A stretch of DNA of 64,000 bases from Longimicrobiales bacterium (GTDB taxonomy: Bacteria > Gemmatimonadota > Gemmatimonadetes > Longimicrobiales > Gaopeijiaceae), in NCBI GenBank assembly GCA_965226375.1, contig CBDDCX010000006.1, positions 256,001-320,000 of the forward strand, given 5' to 3'. Below, piece after piece: positions 18,031 to 29,326 of this stretch. Made by a program: the position numbers and the translations under genes. The notes below the pieces were generated by a model. It did not search any database. It was not told where the DNA came from and saw only the letters and a list, made by a program, of their open reading frames with translations. The stretch's first letter is position 1, and each line of letters starts with the position of its first letter.

Positions 18031-20286
18031 ATGAGCGATATCCGAACCGCCTCGAATCGACGAGATGCGGGCCTGATGGCTCTCAGCCTCGTCTTGCTGC
18101 TCGGCGCGTTCCCTGTGGGAGTCGCCGCACAGGACCCTGTCTACCTGTCCCGACTCGAGGGTCCGATAGAGCTCGACGGGGTCTTGGACGAGCCGGCCTG
18201 GCAGACACTCGAACCGCTGCCGCTGACCATGCACACGCCGACCTACGGCGGTGAGCTAAGCGAGCGCACAGAGGTTCGGATCGGATACGACGACGAGTAC
18301 CTCTACGTAGGAGGTCACCTGTACGACTCCGACCCGAGCGGGATCCGAGAGAACTCTCTCTATCGGGATCGCTGGAGTGGCGACGATACCTTCGGATTCA
18401 TCCTCGACACGTTCAACGACAAGGAGAACGGCCTTTGGTTTCTCACGAACCCGGCCGGGGTGCGTTTCGACCAGACCGTCACAGCCGACGCAACCTCGGG
18501 GACTTTCGGTACCTATCCGTTCGAGAATAGCTGGAACACGTACTGGGACGTTGCGGTGACCCGGAGCGATGAGGGCTGGTTCGCGGAGTTTCGCGTTCCC
18601 TATTCCAGCCTGGGATTCCAGGACGTCGACGGGCGGGTCGAGATGGGCCTGATCGTGTCGCGATATATCTCGCGACGGAGCGAGCGCCAGCTCTACCCGG
18701 CCATCCGACCCAATTGGGCGTATGCCTACGCGAAGCCGTCCCAGGCTCAGACGGTGGTGCTGGAGAACGTCTCCAGCCGCAAGCCGCTTTATGTGACACC
18801 GTACGCTCTGGCGGGCCTGAGCCAGGAATCACAACTGCCCGAGGGCGCTGGGCGGTACGATCTGCAGAACGACACACAGCAAGAGGTGGGACTCGACGTC
18901 AAGTACAACCTGCGGAACAACCTCACGTTGGACGTGACGGTCAATACAGACTTTGCCCAGGTCGAGGCCGACGACCAGCAGGTCAACCTGACCCGTTTCT
19001 CGCTGTTTTTTCCGGAAAAACGACAGTTCTTCCAAGAGCGAGCGGGCACCTTCGCCTTCCGCACGGGCATGGTCGACAGGTTGTTCCATTCGCGCGAGAT
19101 CGGGCTTCATGAAGGCGAGCCGGTGCGCCTTCTGGGTGGTGGCCGGTTGGTGGGTCGAATGGGCGGATGGGACCTGGGACTCATGAACCTGCAGACCGGC
19201 GAGTCCGACGCTCTCAGCTCTGAGAACTTCGGCGTTCTGCGCCTCCGCCGGCAGCTCTTCAACCCCTTCTCGTATGCCGGCACTATGGTGACCAGTCGGT
19301 TCGGGACCGACGGTTCCTACAACGTAGTGTACGCGGCCGACGGTATCCTGCGGCTGACCGGGGACGAGTATCTCACGCTTCAGTGGGCGCAGAGCTTCGA
19401 CGACCGTGTGGCCGACGCCACGGGGTTCAACTTCGGGAGGGCCGCTCTCTTTAGGGCGCACTGGGAGAGGCGTACCCAGCAGGGCCTCTTCTACCTGGGG
19501 CAGGTCAACTACATCGGCGGCGACTTCGTGCCCGGCCTAGGCTTTGTCCAGCGGACCGGAGCGACGCTGGTCGAGACTCGCCTCGGGTACGGATGGATTC
19601 CCGGGGCGGAATCACCGTTTCGCACCATCACGCCGAACTTCCTGAGCTCCCAGCTTTGGCTCCGCAACGGTGACGGCTCCATCGAATCGGCATCGGTCGG
19701 GAGTTGGTTCAACTACGAGCTCAAGAATGGCGGCAGCGGGTGGATCGGTCTGGAGGCCAACATCGAAGACCTGGACGAGCCTCTGTCGCTGCCGGACGAC
19801 GTCGTGGTGCCTGTGGATCGCTACGAGTTCTGGACCCTGAACACGTCCTATAGGCACACCCGGTCGAGTCTTCTCAGCTTCACCACCAAGGTCGAGGTCG
19901 GGACCTTCTACGACGGCTGGCGGGTGAACTACACGCTGGCCCCCACGTGGAACGTCTCCCGTTACCTAGAGCTGGGGGCGGACTACCAAATCGCGTGGGC
20001 CACTTTCCCGGACTTGGACCAGGACTTCGTGGTTCACGTCCCGCGGGTGAAGGTCCAGCTGGCTCTCGATACCAAGCTCTCGGCCAACGCCTTTGTCCAG
20101 TACAACACCGAGACCGACCTGATCACACCCAACGTCCGGATTCGCTACAACTTTCGGGAGGGCAACGACCTTTGGCTGGTCTATAATGAAGGGCTCAACA
20201 CGGATCGGGGTGTGGTCGATCCGCGGCTGCCGCTGACCGACACGCGCACCGTGCTGCTCAAGTACACTTACACGTTCGGGTCCTGA
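18031..20286 (+). CDS. DUF5916-like protein (second copy)
   Basis: Signal peptide; LDG.LDE..W; NTDFAQVEAD..QVNLTRFSLFFPEKRQFF.E; C-terminal KYTYTF. Confidence 0.9.
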   Translation: MSDIRTASNRRDAGLMALSLVLLLGAFPVGVAAQDPVYLSRLEGPIELDGVLDEPAWQTLEPLPLTMHTPTYGGELSERTEVRIGYDDEYLYVGGHLYDSDPSGIRENSLYRDRWSGDDTFGFILDTFNDKENGLWFLTNPAGVRFDQTVTADATSGTFGTYPFENSWNTYWDVAVTRSDEGWFAEFRVPYSSLGFQDVDGRVEMGLIVSRYISRRSERQLYPAIRPNWAYAYAKPSQAQTVVLENVSSRKPLYVTPYALAGLSQESQLPEGAGRYDLQNDTQQEVGLDVKYNLRNNLTLDVTVNTDFAQVEADDQQVNLTRFSLFFPEKRQFFQERAGTFAFRTGMVDRLFHSREIGLHEGEPVRLLGGGRLVGRMGGWDLGLMNLQTGESDALSSENFGVLRLRRQLFNPFSYAGTMVTSRFGTDGSYNVVYAADGILRLTGDEYLTLQWAQSFDDRVADATGFNFGRAALFRAHWERRTQQGLFYLGQVNYIGGDFVPGLGFVQRTGATLVETRLGYGWIPGAESPFRTITPNFLSSQLWLRNGDGSIESASVGSWFNYELKNGGSGWIGLEANIEDLDEPLSLPDDVVVPVDRYEFWTLNTSYRHTRSSLLSFTTKVEVGTFYDGWRVNYTLAPTWNVSRYLELGADYQIAWATFPDLDQDFVVHVPRVKVQLALDTKLSANAFVQYNTETDLITPNVRIRYNFREGNDLWLVYNEGLNTDRGVVDPRLPLTDTRTVLLKYTYTFGS

Positions 20287-20424
20287 CCGCACCTGTTCGC
20301 GATTTGCTTAGGAAAAGCCCTGCCACCTCCGTAGATTGGCCGCAACGTGCCTTCGCCCGGTGTGGCCGAGGGGGCTGGCTGGGTCGAGGCGGAACGGTCG
20401 AACCCATTGGATATGGAGGGAGAG

Positions 20425-21012
20425 ATGGCTACCAAGCAGTTCACCATGGCCACTCTGGCCGGCGGGGTCACTGCATTCGTGTTGGTGTACCTTTTCTACG
20501 GCCTGTTGTTGATGGACTTCTACAACGGCAACCTCGGAACGGCGACCGGGGTCTACAAGGAGGTGCCCATCTTCTGGTCGTTGGCGGCGGGCCAGCTCCT
20601 ATGGGCGGGCTTCCTTACCATGGTCATGGGCTGGCGCGGGGATGCGTCGGCGGGAGCCGGACTCAAGACCGGTGCCATAGTGGGGTTGATCATGGGTGGT
20701 AGCATCAACCTTACCATGTACGGTACCGCGAACATCGCGAACCTCACGGCTTCGCTCGTCGATCCGGTCGTTGCCATGATCGGTACGGCCATCACGGGTG
20801 CGGTCATCGGCCTGGTGCTCGGAATGGGCAGCGGATCGGCCGAGCCCGCGGTGGCGAGCGCACCAACCTCGCCTTCGGCGAGCGCTCCAACGTCCCCAAC
20901 GTCTCCCCCGTCCCCAACGTCTCCCCCCCCAACGTCTCCCCCGTCCCCAACGTCTCCCCCGTCCCCCCCGCCTTCGGCGGAGCACGACGGCGAGCAGTCG
21001 GCCGGCATGTAA
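20425..21012 (+). CDS. four-TM membrane protein (DUF1761-like) with Pro/Thr/Ser repeat tail
   Basis: SD GGAGGGAG; four hydrophobic helices followed by (PTSPPS)n. Confidence 0.8.
   Translation: MATKQFTMATLAGGVTAFVLVYLFYGLLLMDFYNGNLGTATGVYKEVPIFWSLAAGQLLWAGFLTMVMGWRGDASAGAGLKTGAIVGLIMGGSINLTMYGTANIANLTASLVDPVVAMIGTAITGAVIGLVLGMGSGSAEPAVASAPTSPSASAPTSPTSPPSPTSPPPTSPPSPTSPPSPPPSAEHDGEQSAGM
20854..20976 (+). repeat. intragenic tandem repeat, unit CCAACGTCTCCCCCGTCC (PTSPPS)
   Basis: CCAACGTC recurs at 20887, 20896, 20914, 20929 and 20947; all periods are multiples of 3. Confidence 0.9.
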
Positions 21013-21088
21013 CGCTCCTCGGTCTCCACAGATCCCCGGGGCGCGGCGTACAGCACCGGCTGACGTCGCGTCTCGAGGGTCGGGTTGA

Positions 21089-22222
21089 TCAGCGTGTAGA
21101 CCTGACTTCACGGGGCAGCGGCTCATCCCCGAACACGAACGCCTCGATGAAGAGGCGGGCCACGTCAGACCGGAGCACGTTGCTGTCTCCCCCCAGACCG
21201 TACGCTCGACTCATGTAGTTCGTGTTGGCTAGCACCACGAAGGTGAGCTCCCGCTCTGGCACCCGCACGATCAGCGAGGAGTTACTGGTCCACCATCCGT
21301 AGTACCACTGGAAGGTTATGTCCTGACGGTCTTGGATGAACCAACCGAGTGCATACGGGAGCGTCTCGCCGGTGTTGGATACGGCCGGCGTGAAGACCCG
21401 ATCCCAGGTGTCGGCCGCCAGGAAGCGGCCCTCGTCTATCGCGATGGAGAAGGTGGCCATGTCCTCCGCCGAGGCCACCATTCCGGCCGCCGTGCCGAAG
21501 AAGCCGGGATGGTCGATCGGTAGCACCTGCGATCCGGTCCAATCGTAGCCGGCCGCCATATCGGCCATGAAGGCCGTTCGATCGAGTCCGCTGTGAGCGA
21601 AGGCACCCGCGTCCGCGGGATTTGGAGCCGTATTGGTTAGCGCGAGGGGCCCGAGGATCCGCTCCGCGACGAGTTCCGCGAACGACCGTCCAGAGGCCAC
21701 CTCGATGACCCGGTCCAGGTTGCCGAACCGGTTCCCGTTATACGAGTAGGCGGCTCCGGGGACACCTTCGGACGTGTGCGACAGAAGATGGCGCACCAGT
21801 ATGACGCCACTGGCCGACAGGTTCACTCCGTAGTCGGTGACCGGGTCGTCCAGGTCCACAAGCCCCTCTTCCACCAGCTGCATCAGGATGATCGAGTCGA
21901 ACGGCTTCGTCAGGGATGCCAGGTGGAAGGGGGTGGTCGGCGTGGCGGCTCGGCCCGTTGCGGCGTCTGCCTGGCCGAGCCCTGTCGACCAGATGATGTC
22001 TCCTTGGTAGGCGATGGCGGCCGACATCCCCGGAATCCGGAGCTGAATACGAAGCGCATCCAGGTCTGCCGCGAACCCTTCGAGTCCCGGCGTGGCCGTG
22101 ACCTCGATGGGCACGGACTGAGTGGTGGGCCCAGTCGTATTGTCGGAGCCACAGGCCAGAAGCACGACGACGACAACGCAGACGCACATGAAGTGCGTCG
22201 CAGTTCTCACGATCGTCCGCAT
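21089..22222 (-). CDS. lipoprotein serine hydrolase, beta-lactamase class C/S12 family
   Basis: Lipobox LLA-C; F.LASLTK (SxxK); RHLLSHTS; YALGW. Confidence 0.9.
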   Translation of the reverse strand: MRTIVRTATHFMCVCVVVVVLLACGSDNTTGPTTQSVPIEVTATPGLEGFAADLDALRIQLRIPGMSAAIAYQGDIIWSTGLGQADAATGRAATPTTPFHLASLTKPFDSIILMQLVEEGLVDLDDPVTDYGVNLSASGVILVRHLLSHTSEGVPGAAYSYNGNRFGNLDRVIEVASGRSFAELVAERILGPLALTNTAPNPADAGAFAHSGLDRTAFMADMAAGYDWTGSQVLPIDHPGFFGTAAGMVASAEDMATFSIAIDEGRFLAADTWDRVFTPAVSNTGETLPYALGWFIQDRQDITFQWYYGWWTSNSSLIVRVPERELTFVVLANTNYMSRAYGLGGDSNVLRSDVARLFIEAFVFGDEPLPREVRSTR

Positions 22223-22410
22223 GTCAGTATCGCCCTTCCACCCGGCCCATGAATCGATGTGTTCTGGATACTGAAACGATCGGCACGCCGGGATTCTACC
22301 AACAGGGCGTTGCGGTGATTCGGGCTGCACGTCCCGTCAATGCTTTCCGGATCGGAGGTGCCTGGTGCCGATGGCTTCCGGGCGCTCTACACCAGTGAGG
22401 ATTCCGCCTC

Positions 22411-25240
22411 CTACGCCGCCGGCCGTCCCCCGCTGAAGAACGCATTGAAGAGCAACCGGAACGTCCCGTGGGTCTGCATGCGGTGCTGCACCCGGAATCC
22501 GTACATGAGAATCCGGCCGCTCCCGTACCCGACATCGAGCACTGCGCCCTTGCCGGCCAGGAACTCGGCGCCCACCAGCTGGCCCGCCGCGAGGACATCT
22601 CCAGGATCGGAGGCCCACTTGCCGACCACCTGTACCGTCCCGGACTCGCCCTCCCATCCCGTCGGCTCGTAGGCCCGACCGCCGGCCCACTTGCCCAGGA
22701 CGGTGGACGGGCTGCCCGCAGAAAGCTCGTGATCGGGCGACAGTTCCATGCGCAGCAGCGAGGCCGGCAGGAAGAACTCGTCGCTGCTCACGTCCTCGAG
22801 GGCGTTCCTGATGGGTACGTCGAATCGGTCCAGGACGACCTGGTCTCCGCGTTCCAACGTCACCAGCGTGCCACCGGCCCGGACGAAGGCCTGCAGGTTC
22901 TCGACGCCTTCGTCGCCGATGCCGCCGGTATACCCGGCGGGCATGTCCTCTTCATCGTGTCCGTCCACCAGCCGATCCACGGAGATCTCCGAAGGGATCA
23001 TGATCACGTCGAGCCGACTTCTGAGATCCGATTCGCGCACGTCGTCGTTCGACAAGCTCTGAAAGGAGAAGCCGAACTCCTCGAGCAGGAGGCGCGTCCA
23101 GCCTTCGTCCATCGAACCGGCCCATCCACGGTACAGACTGATGCGCGACGCCTCGATACGGCGTGTGCTCGCGATATCGGGCGGATCGCTGAAGACGGGC
23201 ACCCCGACGGCCAGGTTCTCCAACGCTGCCTCGAGCCCGGATTGGCCCGCGGGTATCAGAAACGCGCCCCGCACGTCCTGACCGCCGAGGGTCACGGCTT
23301 CATCGGCACGATGAACGGTGAATCCGGCTTCCATGAGATCGTTGGCCACCCGATAGCTCTGGTTTACCTCGGAAGTGAGTGCGTACCAACTGCTCGCCCG
23401 ATCAGGAGCCGAGATGGTGAGGGACGGGACCTCCGTGACCCTCGTGAGCGACACATCGAAGGGCTCCTCGACCCGCACGGCTTCGACGCCCATCTGCATA
23501 GCCATAGTGTAGGCGGCAGCGTCGTACATGCGCAGGAAGGGCCCGTCGGGATAGAAGTTGCGTACCGGAAGAAAACGGGGCTCCAGAAGATCCATGAGAG
23601 CCGCCCGGCTGGCCTGAGCCACCACCACCACGAAACTTCCGGCTTCGAATCGACGTGCTTCGGGCTCTACCCACTCCTCTTCGTCGTCGTCGTGGGCCTC
23701 ATCCTCGTCGTGCCCTTCCTCGTCGTCGTCGTGGGCATCATCCTCGTCGTGCCCTTCGTCCTCGTCGTCGTGGGCCTCACCCTCGTCGTGCCCTTCGTCC
23801 TCGTCGTCGTCATGCGCCCCACCCTCGTCTCCCTCGCCCCCATCGGCCGTCTCCGCGGGGGGTGCCTTCGGTTGCCGGATTCCGGCTACGTCGGCGATGG
23901 TGTCCAGGACCGTGGGGAAGGCCTCGAACGCTCGGTCGGCCCGGTGGACCTCGATGCCCTGCATGGCCAGGCGCCGCACAAAGTCCGTGGCGGTGAGGGG
24001 ATCGCTCTGACGGGCGGGGATCACGAAGGCATACGGCCCCGTGGCGCTTGCCCGTTCCATGGTCTCCTTGGCCATCTGCCAGCGACCCAGGATGTAGTCC
24101 TCGCGAAAGCGTGCCGTCTGACGCAGAACCGAGAAGGCCGCCACGGTCTGGTAGTCCACAATGTCGCCTAGCTTCCACTCACCGCCCCACCAAGGGTCGG
24201 GCATTGCCATGGAGAACTCGTACGCCTCGAGGCCGATCCCAGGGCTGGCGAAGCCCTCCAACTGCTCCATGGTGACGGTGTCCGGGCTCGCGAGATTCGA
24301 GCTGGCGGTTTCCGTCAGTAGTCCGATCACGTTGTGGAAGCGCTCTGCGAGCGCTCCCTCCTGTCCGAAGATCCGGTACATGCTTCCGCTCACCACGCCC
24401 TGCTTGCCGGCGGCTTGCAGGTCCCGGACGATGCCCCCGCCCATGAATTGGATGCCCTGCCACAGCAGCGGATGGACCAGGGGGTTCATGGGATCGGGAT
24501 AAGGTGGTACGAAGATGCGGGGTCCGCTCCCGCCCATCTGGTGCTGATCCAGATAGATCTGCGGCCGTACGGCGGAACATCACGTCGAACCAATAACGGG
24601 TCTCCAACAACGCGCCCTGAAAGAAGTCCCGGTTGTTGTCGTGGCCGGCGTAATGGTGGTAGAGGTAGGGCATGCGGGCGTCCCAGTGCTCCGTCCCTAC
24701 GATCTGGTTGTACCAGTCCACCACCATCACCGTCACCACGTTGTCGAGAATCTCGAGTACATCGGTGTCCGTGCTCGTGGCCAGTCGGTGGACGAGGTCG
24801 ACGCTGGTCTGTGACGAGCCGATTTCGGTGGAGTGGATGTTGTGGTTGATGACCACGGTGGCCGGCAGGCCGACGACCAGCCGGTCGGCCTCGACAGCCG
24901 ACACACGGCCCTCGGCCAACACCGCGGAGGTCGCGGTGATTTCCGCGAGGCGGGCCAAATTGTCGGCCGACGAGAGGGTCACAGTGATGAATGGGTTCCC
25001 GAGAGTCGTGGGCCCCAGCGTGTCGACCCGAATGCGATCGGATCCGTCGGCGAGGATCTCGAAGTACTCGAGGATGCCGTCCCAGCGAGCGAGCTTCTCG
25101 TCCGTCCCCATGGCAAAGCCGAAGTGGCTTTCGGGAGAGGGAAGGGCCTGAGCCGCCGCGCCCCCGGGGCCGAGCGGAAGAACCAACAGCGGCAGAACTC
25201 CTACGAGAGTACGGAACCGAACCACGAAACACCTCATCAA
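22411..25240 (-). pseudogene. secreted M14-family zinc carboxypeptidase, frameshifted at about 24565 with an apparent in-frame deletion at about 24724
   Basis: N part HSTE, GHDNNRD; C part (YLDQHQ)MG..GPRIFVPP, LLTETAS, SMDEGWTR..LE; the NPDG motif is absent where expected. Confidence 0.85.
23675..23817 (-). repeat. 39-bp intragenic tandem repeat encoding AHDDDEEGHDEDE-like units
   Basis: GTGGGC anchors at 23692, 23731 and 23770 (period 39), plus a degenerate fourth copy. Confidence 0.92.
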
Positions 25241-25295
25241 GTTTAAGCCGTGGGGTGGACGGACCCGCGCCCACCTCCGAGACTATTCGATCTAG

Positions 25296-26471
<1,176 letters not shown>

Positions 26472-26538
26472 ACCAGTCGGAATTGGCGACCCGGCACGGG
26501 CATCGCCACACACACATGAGCTCTAGCGGAGATCGGTT

Positions 26539-26856
26539 TTGTCAGAGGCCGCGTTGGCAGTTTTGATGGCGCCCCGACAAGGGGCGGACGGCACGTTCGT
26601 GTTCTTCCTGAACATGACCGCCGTGATCCTCATCTTCTACTTCCTCCTCATCCGTCCGCAGCGGAAGGAGCAGCAGAAGCAAAAGGAGATGATCTCCGCC
26701 ATAGGGAAAGGCGACGAGGTGGTGACGACGGGTGGAATCATCGGTACGGTGATTCGGGCGGAGGAAGATCGCCTGGTCATCAAGACAGGCGGTGGCGAGA
26801 CCAAGGTCACCATCGAGCGGAGTCGGATCGCCAGAAAGGTCAAAGCGGAGGAGTAG
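26539..26856 (+). CDS. yajC: preprotein translocase subunit YajC
   Basis: FYFLLIRPQRK, KGDEVVT.GGIIG; follows tgt; start could be ATG 26566. Confidence 0.97.
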   Translation: MSEAALAVLMAPRQGADGTFVFFLNMTAVILIFYFLLIRPQRKEQQKQKEMISAIGKGDEVVTTGGIIGTVIRAEEDRLVIKTGGGETKVTIERSRIARKVKAEE

Positions 26857-26886
26857 TGTTCCGTTCCCCCGACACCCGTAACTAGC

Positions 26887-27399
26887 GTGGCCATTCGGGA
26901 CATCGTCCTCCTGGGCGAAGAAGTGCTTCGTACCCCCGGCGAGGAAATCGTCGAGTTCGACGACGATCTGCGCTCGCTGGTAGAGGATATGTGGGAGACC
27001 ATGTACCATGCCGAGGGGATCGGCCTGGCGGCCCCCCAGATTGGAGTGTCCCTTCGTCTGTGCGTTGTCGACGTCCGCGTGGAGGACGACCCCGAAGCAG
27101 GGCATCTAGCTCTGGTGAACCCTGTGGTCTCCGAGGCGAGCAAGGAGACCGACAAGGCGTCCGAGGGCTGTCTGAGCATCCCCGGCCTCGAGGAGGTGGT
27201 GAGCCGTCCCGCCGCAGTGACCGTGACCGCCGTCACTCCGGACGGAGAGCCCATTGAAGTTCAGGCGGAAGGACTGATGGCTCGGGCGCTGCAGCATGAG
27301 ATCGATCATCTGGACGGGGTGCTCTTCATCGATCGGGTGAGCCCACTCAAGCGCAAGATGTTCCTCAAGAAGTGGAAGAAGAGCCAGGAGGAGGAGTAG
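26887..27399 (+). CDS. def: peptide deformylase
   Basis: GIGLAAPQIG, EGCLS, QHEIDHLDG. Confidence 0.98.
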   Translation: MAIRDIVLLGEEVLRTPGEEIVEFDDDLRSLVEDMWETMYHAEGIGLAAPQIGVSLRLCVVDVRVEDDPEAGHLALVNPVVSEASKETDKASEGCLSIPGLEEVVSRPAAVTVTAVTPDGEPIEVQAEGLMARALQHEIDHLDGVLFIDRVSPLKRKMFLKKWKKSQEEE

Positions 27400-27409
27400 T
27401 AGGTACACC

Positions 27410-28345
27410 ATGAAGATCCTCTTTTGGGGTACGCCCGCCTTTGCGGTTCCATCGCTGCTCGCTCTGAGCGACGAAGGACACGACATCGTGGGGGTGGTTA
27501 CCCAGCCCGACCGACCCGCTGGGCGTGGCAGACAGCTCAAGGCCTCAGCCGTGAAGGAGGCCGCCCTGGCGGAAAGCATCACGGTCCTCGAACCCGAATC
27601 CCCGAAGGGGGATGCCTTCGTGAGGGAGATCGGGGCTTTGGGAGCCGACCTCTCGGTCGTGGTCGCCTATGGCCATATCCTCGTGCGCGAGGTACTGGAC
27701 GTTCCCCCGATGGGCTCGGTCAACCTGCATGCGTCGCTGCTTCCCGCCCTCCGCGGTGCCGCACCCATCAACTGGGCCATCGCCCGCGGGCACGAAATGA
27801 CCGGGGTGACGGTCATGCGCATGGTCGAGAAGATGGACGCCGGACCCGTCCTTTTTCAGACGGAGGAGCCGATCATCGGGGGAGAGACGGCCTCTGAGCT
27901 CACGACACGGCTTTCCGAGGTCGGTGCCGGGGCGCTGGTGGAGGCGTTGGCGCTTCTGGAGGCCGGAGCCGTGGAGGAACAGGAGCAGGATGAGTCGGCC
28001 GCCACTTATGCGCCCAAGGTCGACCGGGCCACTGCCCGCATCGACTGGACGGCACCCTGCGCGGAGGTCGCTGATCTGATTCGGGGGATGGATGGCGTAC
28101 CGGGCGCCTGGTCGGAGCTGGGCGGGGATCCCGTGAAGTTGTTCCGGCCCGAAGCCGAACCGGAGGTCGCGCCGGAAGGGTCGTCGGGAACGATCGTGGA
28201 GGCCGACCGAATCACCGGACTGTTGGTGGCGGCGGGGGATGGAGCCGTTCGGATCGACGAGGTCCAGCCTGCGGGCAAAAGCCGCATGAAGGCGGGCGAC
28301 TGGGTGCTGGGCCGGGGAGCGAGCGCCGGCCAGCGATTCGAGTGA
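27410..28345 (+). CDS. fmt: methionyl-tRNA formyltransferase
   Basis: GTPAFA, VVTQPDRP.GRG, NLHASLLP..RGAAPI, MDAGP. Confidence 0.98.
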   Translation: MKILFWGTPAFAVPSLLALSDEGHDIVGVVTQPDRPAGRGRQLKASAVKEAALAESITVLEPESPKGDAFVREIGALGADLSVVVAYGHILVREVLDVPPMGSVNLHASLLPALRGAAPINWAIARGHEMTGVTVMRMVEKMDAGPVLFQTEEPIIGGETASELTTRLSEVGAGALVEALALLEAGAVEEQEQDESAATYAPKVDRATARIDWTAPCAEVADLIRGMDGVPGAWSELGGDPVKLFRPEAEPEVAPEGSSGTIVEADRITGLLVAAGDGAVRIDEVQPAGKSRMKAGDWVLGRGASAGQRFE

Positions 28346-28956
28346 TTCCCAAGCTTCACGTCGTCACCGACAGTGGGGTGCTCGCTCGGGAGGACTTTCT
28401 GGTCGACGCTCGGCAGGTCCTCGAGGCCGGTCCGGACGTCGCCCTCCATCTCCGCGGACCCGACGCGACCGGGCGGCACCTGTCCGATCTGGCCGGGGCC
28501 CTCACCGATGAGGCCGCCGCCGCGGGTGCCGCGCTGTTGGTCAACGATCGGGTGGACTTGGTCCTGTGCTCCGGGCTGGACGGCGTTCACCTTGGCCGCC
28601 GTTCCTTGCCCCTCGCCGAGGCCCGCCGACTCCTCGGGTCGGATCGATTGATAGGGGCCTCGGTGCACAGTGTGGAGGAAGCGGTAGAGGCGGTGCGGGG
28701 GGGAGCTGATTTCCTGTTCGTGGGGACTATTTGGGCGACCTCGTCCCATCCAGGCCGCGCTCCGGCGGGGCCGGAGCTGATCAGCGATGTGGCAGCGGCC
28801 GTCTCCGTGCCGCTGCTGGGCATCGGGGGCGTGACACCGGGGCGGGTAGCAGACATCCTGGAAGCTGGAGCACACGGCGCGGCCGTGGTCAGCGGGATTT
28901 GGCACGCCCCCTCTTCAGGCGAAGCCGTGCAGGCTTATCTTCAGGCCCTGGCGTAA
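28342..28956 (+). CDS. thiE: thiamine phosphate synthase (ThiE/TenI family)
   Basis: VNDRVDL, DGVHLG, GASVHS..EA, GIGG, AVVSGI; next to thiS-thiG. Confidence 0.85.
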   Translation: MIPKLHVVTDSGVLAREDFLVDARQVLEAGPDVALHLRGPDATGRHLSDLAGALTDEAAAAGAALLVNDRVDLVLCSGLDGVHLGRRSLPLAEARRLLGSDRLIGASVHSVEEAVEAVRGGADFLFVGTIWATSSHPGRAPAGPELISDVAAAVSVPLLGIGGVTPGRVADILEAGAHGAAVVSGIWHAPSSGEAVQAYLQALA

Positions 28957-28987
28957 TAGGACGATTAAGCGAGATGACGTACAGATC

Positions 28988-29206
28988 ATGAGTGAAGGTC
29001 AGACGATAAATGTACGACTCAACGGCAAGGACCGTGAGATCGACTCGGGGCTCTCCGTTCAGGAGTTGGTCGAGTCGCTGGATCTAGATCCAAAGCTCAT
29101 CGTCGTAGAGTTGAACAGGGAGATCCTCAGCCGGGACTGCTTCGGCGAGATCGAGGTCTCCCAAGGAGATCAGGTAGAGTTCGTCCACTTTGTCGGCGGA
29201 GGATAA
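28988..29206 (+). CDS. thiS: sulfur carrier protein ThiS
   Basis: 72 aa; LNG..., VELNREI, C-terminal FVGGG. Confidence 0.97.
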   Translation: MSEGQTINVRLNGKDREIDSGLSVQELVESLDLDPKLIVVELNREILSRDCFGEIEVSQGDQVEFVHFVGGG

Positions 29207-29230
29207 GCCAGCTTGCTCCGTCTTCGTCAA

Positions 29231-29326
29231 AGGACCCGAGGAATGAGATAGGACCCGTGGGACGAGATAGGACCCGAGGACGAGATAAGACCTGAGCAAC
29301 GAGATGGGACCCCGAGGTATGAGATG
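29231..29326 (+). repeat. degenerate 18-20 bp intergenic tandem repeat (GAGATAGGACCCGAGGAC-like)
   Basis: GAGAT at 29245, 29264, 29282, 29301 and 29321; the last unit supplies the thiG ATG. Confidence 0.85.

Noticed and set aside
22468..24171. Long antisense ORFs (also 13000-14196, 37707-38627, 55245-56333 and others)
   Set aside because: Shadow ORFs of high-GC genes with no motifs; the opposite strand has clear family signatures
29231..29326. CRISPR array
   Set aside because: Units are contiguous, degenerate and 18-20 bp, with no unique spacers and no cas genes
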